A DNA stretch of 64,000 nucleotides from Antedon mediterranea (taxonomy: Eukaryota; Animalia; Echinodermata): NCBI RefSeq assembly GCF_964355755.1, contig NC_092675.1, forward strand, positions 6,505,812 through 6,569,811, in the 5' to 3' direction. A program made the translations under genes and the position numbers. Below, one piece after another: positions 51,196 to 61,000 of this stretch (within the stretch, counting starts at the first letter, position 1; each line of letters begins with the position of its first letter). The notes under the pieces are model-generated. The model was not told the DNA's origin. It did not search any database and saw only the letters and a program-made list of their open reading frames with translations.

Positions 51196-54100
51196 ATGTA
51201 TTTATTTGAATCAATTATTCATTTTGGGCAAAAACTAATTCGGCGAAACATGGCGGCTAGCAGTAATACATGGGTCAAGCATGGAAACAACGCAGCAGAC
51301 TACGGCGGTACCAACGGGATGAGCAACCGGTTGGTGTGGGTTGATCTGGAAATGACAGGCCTAGACATTGATACCTGTCATATCATTGAAATGGCTTGTC
51401 TTATTACAGATGACAACCTTAATATGGTTGCTGAGGTACATAATTTGGCGCTAATTTAGTTTTTTTGAAAATATATATTTTAATCAGCCATATGTATGGC
51501 AGATTTTTCAGTTACCACAAACAATACATCATAAAGGTTTTTACAGCCGAAACGGCCGCCAACTGAAACGGCCGCCAATTGAAACGCAATTAAATGTATG
51601 AAACGCCGCGTGTGCCGTTTGTCATACAAAACGACGTGTGGTTTAATACAATTGTTTTACTTTTTTTTCAGATTGAAATGACTTTAGACGTATGTGACTT
51701 AATAAATATTAAACAGATAGATGTTTTTTAATTATTTATGTATTATTATGTTTATCGTATAATAATGAATGTTGTGTAAACATAGTTGGGTTTTTTATAT
51801 ATTTTTTAAATGTAGGCCTATACAGTAAAAGTGTAAGGAAAAGAATTGGAATTTGACAAAATAAATGATAAACAATTACTATTATTATATTAAAATCTAA
51901 ATTCTTCCTAGTACTAGTTAGATAATTTAATATTTATTGACGATTAAATCGAATTTATGATTTTCCCCGAATAGAGGTGGTTTTCACAAATTGTTTTACA
52001 TTATATTATAAACATATACACGTGGTAGTGATGTATCGTTACATGTGCTGTAGGCCTACTATTTCAATCGACTAGGACGGTGACAGTTTCAACAAAGTAT
52101 TACATCGCAATGTTTTACTGTGTTTAGTGGTATATTATTTGTAAAACATGAAAGCAATTAATATTTCGTTACTAAATGGATAAGAATATATTTTAACATT
52201 GTTCCTCTTTGCACCCATCCTCTTCCCCATCCCTCAACCCTAATGTTACATACAAAACACAAATTAAGTTTGTTTAAATTTGACTTAAACAATTGGTCTT
52301 ATTTTGTGACAAGTTTCTCTTTCGGAAGTAATAGGGTGCTAATTTTAGTTGAGTACATAAATCACAGTGTCTATTTATTCGTTCCTGTACACGACATGTA
52401 TTATTGTCCTGCGGTACGTACATTTGAAATCGCCAGTTTTTTAACGCTGAAATTAGGCCTATTATGTATTCGAGAACCATCTGTGGGCACGACCATCTAG
52501 TGTTGATAATTTGATAACAAGTAATGTTCAATTGGAAAAAACTCCATTTTAAAGGAAAACGCAAGCACCAAAAAGTGCGTGGCATTTCTGTGCAAATAAT
52601 AGATTATTGTCTTTATGTAATGTTAGATGACGCCGATACGCGGAGCTCCACAGATAATGTGACTAGGCACGGTTAATGCGCTAACATCTAACATAAATTC
52701 AAAACAATTAGCCCTGCGAAGGTGTTGTTGATACACATAATAGTAAAACAATAGGACACAACTTCATTTAAAGTGCTTTATTTGCACGTTAGAATGTTTG
52801 AATATTATTCCACAATTTCATATGTTATTGAATTTACTATAGACCTAATAAGTAACAATATAAATAGCTTTACTACATAACATATATTAATATTATTACA
52901 GTACATTTGTATTTGTTTTGCCTATTTCAACTTCAATAATTGATACAGTATTTGTTTGAATACGTTAAATAAATTTATATTGCGCTTAGAATGGTGAATT
53001 ATTATAATAAACATTATTTTTATAAAAACTTAACTAAAAAATACGTTTATTCTTTGATTTTATTCTTAAACATATATTGGTTGGTTTCATTTATTTTTTT
53101 TCTCCATCATGGTTTCATAGGCTTTACTGTACGTTTATAATACTGCATTGGCTTGTTGTAGCTGCGGCGGTATTGGCGTCCCATAGAAAATGTTGGCGGC
53201 CGTTTCAGTCGGCGGCCGTTTCGGTCACACACCATCATAAATAGGCCTATATTGTATATATATATATACCTACAATATAGTAGAGTACTACTACACTACT
53301 TTACTAACCTACTAACTTGATTTAATTATAATAATAAAACACGAACTAACTAACTAACAGGAGGCCCCCTCAAAAAAAATATTGTCCGGCCGGACCAGTT
53401 TTGGCTCTTGATTTGCCTCAATAGCCACTGCCAAAATTGCTAATAATTCTTGGACATTAAAAAAAAAAAAGACTAATAATATTCATCAACATCCACCTGT
53501 GCTTGGTGGGTACTGTGATTTTAACATTCCACGGCCAGTGCCTAAAATGAAAGTAGGTTAGTATGGTACTTGGATTGAGTTTAATTAACCCAAATGTAAA
53601 TTTACCATTGTTTTAGGGTCCAAATCTTATTATTCATCAACCAGAAGATATCTTAGAAAATATGAATGATTGGTGCAAGGAACATCATGGGAAATCTGGC
53701 TTAACGGAAGAGGTTCGCAGAAGTACGCTCAGCTTAGAGAATGCCGAATACCAAATGTTGGGGTTTATACGGCAGCACACACCCCCAGGGAAATGTCCCC
53801 TTGCCGGAAATACGATACATGTGGACAAGAAATTTCTAGAGAAGTACATGAAACAATTTATGTATCATCTTCACTATCGTATTGTAGATGTCAGCACAGT
53901 GAAAGAATTATGCAGGTTAGTATGAATGGTCTGAAAACTTTAGCTTAATGGCAATGCTCCTTGACTTCATGGCTTTGTCTAAGTCTAATTTGTGATCCTG
54001 CAACAGCTGTAGTTGTACTGTGTGTTTATTTACCTCTGCCAAGGAGGTATATGTAGTCAATCGCTTGTGTGTGTTTGTTTGTCTGTTTGTTTTTTTGTTA

Positions 54101-54662
54101 GCAGGATTACTCAAAAAGTAATTATAAGATCTTTACCAAAATGAAAATACAGATAGATATGTGGTCAAGGGTTGCATCTTCAGTCTAAGACTGTTCTCCC
54201 AGAGGGCCCAGTCTATATATATGATGAGTTTGTGACAATGGCTGTGTGTGAACTAGTACTAGTACTCATCTCGAAAGATGTACTAGGTTCTTTAAAGTGC
54301 ACATGAGCCAGATGTGTACACTGGACATACAGTTTATAGTCCTTATTCGAGAAGATTCGTTCTACCACCAGAACCATGGAGCGAGCCTCAAACCCTTGCC
54401 GATGTTATTGCTACGTATTACTGTCTTAACAGTTCGGCCACTCACTGTTCTGTTCTAATTTGTAAAACTTTAGTTTCCTCTCCTTACACTACAGTAAGTA
54501 TGCTAAACTATTATTTTTCTTTTATATTTTAGGCGATGGTATCCGACTGCATTACGTACCGCCCCTTCCAAGATGGCCGCACATCGTGCATTGGATGACA
54601 TAAAGGAAAGTATCAAGGAACTGAAATACTATCGACAAAACATCTTTCTACCTCCAGTATAA
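51196..54662 (+). CDS. REXO2: Oligoribonuclease (DEDDh exonuclease), 3 exons, 222 aa
   Basis: Exons 51196-51435, 53617-53915 and 54533-54662. Motifs [76 protein letters not shown]. Confidence 0.97.
51536..53232. mobile_element. Non-autonomous MULE-like element in REXO2 intron 1
   Basis: 9-bp TSD CATCATAAA (51527-51535 and 53233-53241); TIRs with tandem CCGAAACGGCCGCC motifs related to the 46960-50726 element. Confidence 0.85.
54026..54170 (+). mobile_element. Helentron/HINE-like fragment (second copy minus strand ~63140-63253)
   Basis: TTATTTACCTC(T/C)GCCAAGGAGGT hairpin head, (GTTT/GTCT)n microsatellite, GTTAGCAGGATTACTCAAAAAGT. Confidence 0.7.
54200..54447 (-). mobile_element. tRNA-derived SINE
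   Basis: Minus strand: TGGCCGAACTGTTAAG A box, GGTTTGAGGC B-box-like, core AGGACTATAAAC…GCACTTTAAAGAACC. Confidence 0.65.
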
Positions 54663-56042
54663 TGTTTAATGTTTATTTATATAATTTATTCATATCAAAT
54701 TAAACTGTATACTATAATATTAGTCATAATAAGCAGGGTAAGGATCTGTGCTACAAAAAAAAAGGGATTTGAAAGCAGACCATAAATTAGGCCAGGGGAA
54801 ATACATTATATTGTTCTTGTCACCACCTCTTAAAATTTTGGTGCAATATTTTGGTCATCTTTTATCAGAAGGTTTTAATCATATGTGCACACATTACAAG
54901 TTGTGGTAACGTAGCTACAGTAAACCCTATTAGGCCTACACTTTAAAATTACGGAAAATCATCTTTTGTGAACAAATATAAAATTATAAACAAATTTTGT
55001 ACCTAGGCGACTGACGAGAACCACGTCATCTATTTCGCAGGGCCTTATCAATAACATAGCATGTGTCTATTATTATTGCACTTTTTTTTGCAGTTTTCCC
55101 GGTCAATATACTGTACTATACATGGTTAGAGAGATTCCCTTAGGAATAATGACCAGGTTGGTTAAACTTACCGAGTTATTTAAACGTCTCTTTAATCATC
55201 CTCAATAGTAAGTGATTTATGAATTGGTTAATATAACGTTTGAAATTATTCAATAAATTTATCGACATTCATTGTTTTCTAGTGCTATTTTTAATATAAA
55301 AAAAAACCTGCATTTTGGTAAATTATCTGGAAAATCTGAAGAGTTTTTAACATTAGCAAACTCAACCCATAAGATTGTACATATAATAGTCTGTAGATAC
55401 AAATGTTTCCATGAAACATGTACATCTTAGAAAAAGCTATGGTAAAGGGTTTTAATTTAACGTGGTTGATTTGCAAAATTGGTGCGTCATGGCCACCTAA
55501 AGGTAAGTCATATTTTTTACGCACAGGTGAGTCATGGTATTTATAAGGTATGATGCACATCGGACAAATGACGCACCTCTCCCGGGGTCGTATGGTGGGT
55601 CATACAATTGACAAGTGCATAAGCATGACCAGACCATTATTCACTTTTCTATGTATAGTTTGAACTTATTGACAAAAAAGAAACACCAAAAACTGTTAAT
55701 ATCGGCAGATTTATTTATAACAATAATACTGAAATGGTATTATTCTTTTATTGCAACATTCAGAAACTGTAAATACTATACTATACTGTACATTTGGTTT
55801 GTGTTTCTGGACATGTTCTCAACTGAAAGCTTGCAGGATTAATTACTAGACTACTTAATTAGTAAAACTTTGAACATAAAATGAATGAATCTAAAATGAA
55901 CGTAAACAACAACAATTTAGCTATTTGTTTTTGTTATGAAATACACCTGTTTGTGTAAAAAGTAGATATCTTATACACCTTATTATGAAGGATATTTGGC
56001 AAGTATGTACTCAATAAAATAAAAAATAATATACTTAATTGA

Positions 56043-56392
56043 GTACGTTACGTTATTTTTTTTTTCGTACATAAGTTGGGGACCCCATGTGAAAGATAGC
56101 CTGGGCTACTTCCTAAATATAACTAAATCTAACTCTCTAAATAATCTCTCTCTCACTATAAATTAAAAGAAGTAGCTCAGGGGATTCGAACCCCATACAT
56201 CGACATGTACATCCATAGTCTAATCCACTCGACTACATACAGTAGACGGCTCGACAGAAAGCATTTGCATTAGCGAATTGTAGTTAGCTCAATTCTTACG
56301 TCACACCTTATGGATGACTAATGATTATTCATGTTTATTTTGTGACGTTTCATTAGGGGTCCCAACTTATGTACAAAAAGAAATATTGCGTA
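56043..56392. mobile_element. TIR element enclosing a tRNA-like Pol III promoter
   Basis: GTACATAAGTTGGGGACCCC pairs with GGGGTCCCAACTTATGTAC; internal minus-strand TAGTCGAGTGG…GGTTCGAATCCC. Confidence 0.65.
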
Positions 56393-57398
56393 CGGGACAC
56401 ATGAATTGAAACGCTTAAAAAATATATCTGTGATTTTAAGAGTAAAATTTACATAAAACACACCTGTTGGCATAAAAAGAAGATATACAAGAATAGCATT
56501 TTGATACCATGCATACTGAAATAGATTGTAATAGCATAATTTTCACTTTGAAATGTGGTTGTACTGTTATGTTTTAGATATATTTATTATAACAATAATA
56601 CTGTGAATGGTATTAGGGCTTTTCTTTTATTGCAAAATTTAGAAAATTCATTATAAATACTGTACATTTTGTTTGTGTATCAGTGTATCTAGAAATGTTC
56701 TCAACTGAAAGCTTTACATAAAATAGTTTTCTTCTTTAGAAAAAAATAAAATAATTTTACAATGTATGATTTGGAAAAAATCGAAACCAAAACAAGAAGC
56801 ATGCAAACATCAACACAACACAACATTTTTAAAAAACAGGTAAAGAAACAAATATTCTAACATTGTTGTTGCTAATACAGTATTCTCAAATGACATTACT
56901 AGACTACTTAATTAGTAAAAATTTAAACATAAAACATAATAAGGTAATCCTATCTAAAATGAACGTAAACAACAACAATTAAGCAATTTGTTTTTGTCAT
57001 GAAATACACCTGTTTATGTAAATGTACACCTTATAATGGACATTTGGCAAGTAAAATTTACATAAAATACACCTTTGGGCGTAAAAAAAGTAAGATATTT
57101 AAAGGCCAGGGATGTGTACACTTGTATTATGAAGGACACTTGGCAAGCATATTAATATAATATACAACTGTAATGGACATTTGAATTAAAACAATTAAAA
57201 AAATATAGTGCATCTGATTTTGACAATAAAATTTACCAAATAAAAACATGATTGTGTGTGGGTGTGGGTAATTGAGTTGCATATCATTCGTGTGATTATT
57301 GCCTCAACGTTTTATTGCAAGTTCTGCAGAAGTAACAATGGTTATTGTTTTCAAATTCAGTGGCTATATTAACCATCTAAACACTCTTCCCATATCTA

Positions 57399-57533
57399 AA
57401 AGCTCTGTCTACACTACCACCAAACTATGCGACAATAAAAAAAAAGTTGTTCCCATATATGGGAGACATCATATCACTACCATATTTGGGCACACTTTTT
57501 TGTCAAACTAGTTTGATAGTGTAGACAGAGCTT
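57399..57533. mobile_element. MITE, AAGCTCTGTCTACAC family
   Basis: TIRs AAGCTCTGTCTACACTA / TAGTGTAGACAGAGCTT. Confidence 0.82.
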
Positions 57534-57595
57534 AAGTAAATTTTACAACTTGAATATTTATTGACTTAAGCGAAATACTTATTTAATATCACACT

Positions 57596-57969
57596 TAAGC
57601 AGATTTTCCACTAGGCGAAATTTGTTAGCGCGAATCCAACGTTTTGAAGAGAAAAAAATCGCCTACTCTCTTTCCACTACATGAGTGAATAGCTGTGACG
57701 TTTCTTGCATGGTTGCTGAGCTTTTCAATTCGCATGTGCTCATGAAGGCGTCGTAGCTCATTTCTTGAGCTCTGATTGGTTGCGCAATATTTCGCTTCGC
57801 AAAAAGTAGAAACAACTCGAACTAGTAAATTTCGCTGCAGCGAAAAAATCAAACGAACTAGAATTTGTTGCAGAAGGGTGTAAGGCATACAGAAACTGGA
57901 ATACGCATGCGCATAGCATGACGCTTTCGATTCGCGTGAACAAATTCAACTAGTGGGAAATCGGCTGTA
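57596..57969. mobile_element. MITE just downstream of the SKP2 stop codon
   Basis: AGCAGATTTTCCACTAGGCGAAATTTGTT pairs with AACAAATTCAACTAGTGGGAAATCGGCT. Confidence 0.7.
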
Positions 57970-58016
57970 AGTGTGTTTGATGAATACTGCCAGATGACAG
58001 CCTCTTCTGTATTGTT

Positions 58017-61000
58017 TTAATCCCAGCATTTGACATCCCAGATTGAGTTCTTGTGTGCTGCACGTGTTGTTGGACGTGCAATCACCGAGAATGGGCACTT
58101 GTTGATACGCAGTTTGGGCATGAATGCCTTAAGATGGTCAAGGGTTTGCTGATCGACAATTCCGAATACGTCAAGTGCTTCTAGATGGGCCATAGATTTA
58201 AATTTACTGTTGAAAATAAAAGAAACAGTATTTAATATAACACAATTTGAATTAGTACTAAATAAGTACTAAATAACTAAAATGACTACTATTTGTGTAT
58301 TCAATCAACAGCCGCTTCATCATTAAGGATAGTTGAGAGATTATTAAATAAGGCAGCGCTTCGATTTTGGCTGTAGTTAATTTTAAGCTGGCTAATGAGC
58401 TATACCAAGCCCCAGACGTTTTTGTCGAACAAATAAAATTGAAAGTAATAGACGGGACACACTACATGTTGGTTTTTGAATATGCAAGTCGCCAGCCTAG
58501 TGATGTGCCAAAATATGGTAGTGATATTCCCAAATATGGTAGTGATATGATGATCATCATCATATATCATCATGTCTATATATGGGCACATCACATTTTG
58601 TTGTCACATAAAGTTTGATAGTTTAGACATATAAATGTGTAAAAATGCCTTACAGAAGTGAGTATTTCTCAATATCATAACACCTGCTTAATGAAATGTG
58701 TTTTAGGTCCTTTAATCCTTGGACAATCACACTCACAGATTCTGTTGTCAGACTGGAGTCGCTGAGATCAAGATCAAGCAGGTTCGGGCAGTTCTCTACA
58801 AGCTTTGCGACTTCTGCAAAATATTTTAACAAATGTGTTACTTTACACAGATATTACACTATGGCCCATTCCTATTAAGAAGACACTTGCTTCGCTCAAT
58901 TTCTAAGCTTTTAATTTAGTTAGTTTATTTACTACACTGTACTGTAATTTCTGTTACAAGTTACACATTTAGTAATAAAAATCATGTATTACATTTAAAT
59001 GGGAAAGTTAATAATCAAGATGTTTGGTACTGCATCTGTATTTTCATATTTTATTATTGTTTAAAGGTTTGCATGGCGTATAAACATTTTAAAGTTTGCA
59101 GTACAACATGCGATGGGAAAAACAATTGTTTTTTTTTTATTTTCTCTTCTGGACGGAGACCAGAGCAAGATTTACCCCTAAAAATCACTCTAATGGCCTA
59201 TATACTGTATACATTATTTTCTATGGGAAAGTAATACAGCCAACTCTCCCAATACTGGACACCTTTTTTGGGTCGGCCAAATATGTCTGGTTTATTGGAA
59301 AGTCTGGTATGCGGAATGTGTGTTTTAATGGTAAAAATTTGGGACCTTTTTTCTTTAAAAAAAAGTCTGGTATTGGGAGAGTTTCTGGTTTTCAGAGTCC
59401 GGTATTGGGAGAGTTGACTAAAATATACAGATATTTGACTCTTCCAGAATAATCTAACTTTATAATACATACTGAGATCATTCATCCAAAATCGATATCC
59501 ACTTAGATTAAGATGCTTCAACGATGGGTAAGGCATCAGGAAAAATGGAAGTAAACACTGTGCAGACGTCAGCTTACAACACGATAGATTTAAAGAACGT
59601 AAGCTGTGCAAACAAAATGGTATATAATTATAATAAAATTGTTAATAAATAAAATTTAATAATAAAAAATAAATAAAATCTAATATTAAATCATTCATTC
59701 ATGTATTCAATTGGTCGGATGTTTGCCCTATCTAACAACAGGATGCTGAGCTCTGGAGATCAAAGGTTTTATCTGCGGCTTCTACATGATCAGTTCCACG
59801 TCCCTTAACAGACAATGTGCACCGCAGAGAATATGTACATAGTACTGTTCTACTATAAGTACATTGAGAACAAACAATTTTCAAGTAGTTCTCGGTTGTG
59901 AGACTCAAACCCATGACCTCCAGATCACTAGCCTGGCGCTCATGCTCAAGCTTGTGCTAGGGGTTATTATTTGTTGTCAGGTAATTCAACGTTTTCAAGT
60001 AATTCTATCATAAATCCTCTATTCATTTATGGGTAGCTTGGTTAAACTAATTTGAAATGAAAATTTATTTATTTATTAAAAATTATATTAGATTAGATCA
60101 TGGACCTACAGATCTACAATTTTATAGGTTCATGATTGGGTATATTAACGGTCACTGACAGACAGACGTAACTAAGAAATAATTTTAAGGTAGTTTCCAC
60201 ATGGCTTTTGAATAACAGAAACATCAAACACTTTTATTATCATTATGTTTAAAAATTTGTACCAAAAATTTACCTTTTGCACCAAAAAATTTGAAAAAAG
60301 GCTTTCTCCGTAAGTCCAGTACACATACCGAGGTTAATGTCTTCTAATGTGTTACAAGATAGTCTTGCGATCACTGATATAAGGTTGTCATTTACGTTGG
60401 CGCTTTCCAAGCTAAGCTTGCGTAGCTTATTGCAACGGGACAACAAATGGTACAGGATTTGGTCATCATCTATCTTACAGTTGGACAAGTCTAGGTATTC
60501 TATGGCAAGTTTTGGTTGATTTGAGTTTAGTTGGCTGTTGGAAAAACTATAGAGAATTAACACACAGAAGATAAACAAGATATAAAACAGCACTGAAAGC
60601 ACCAAAGTTACTGTACTGATCGGGTATAAGCTAACCTCGCATATACGGCCATACAACATTGAAAAAGTGGTTCTCGTCAGATCACCGAAGTTAAGCAATG
60701 TTGGGCCCGGTTGTATTCTGAATGAGAGACTGTCTGGAATCGCAGTGGGTGCTGTATATTCCCAGGGGTCCCAAGTCTACCGCTACTCGCGGTAGTCTAC
60801 CGCTTTTAGTACCCATCTACCGCGCTACCGCTATCTCGACGTTTTCTACCGCATTTTGATTTTTTTACCGCATTTTCAAATTTCCCCATATTTTTGGCCA
60901 AATTGATTTACGGTTACACCCAGGCTCAGCCCAGGTCAACAATAGTCAATAAATAACCAGACAAAAGTGAGGCAGGATGTTGAAACAATGTCTATTCATG

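Noticed and set aside
55730-57150. Locally duplicated AT-rich blocks between REXO2 and SKP2
   Set aside because: Degenerate tandem duplication in UTR/intergenic sequence with no coding or structural signal that I could support.
60547-60698. N-terminal part of the 142-aa ORF 60270-60698 as SKP2 coding sequence
   Set aside because: It is intronic read-through including the antisense of the 5S-like sequence; the exon begins at the acceptor near 60546 (or in-frame 60534).
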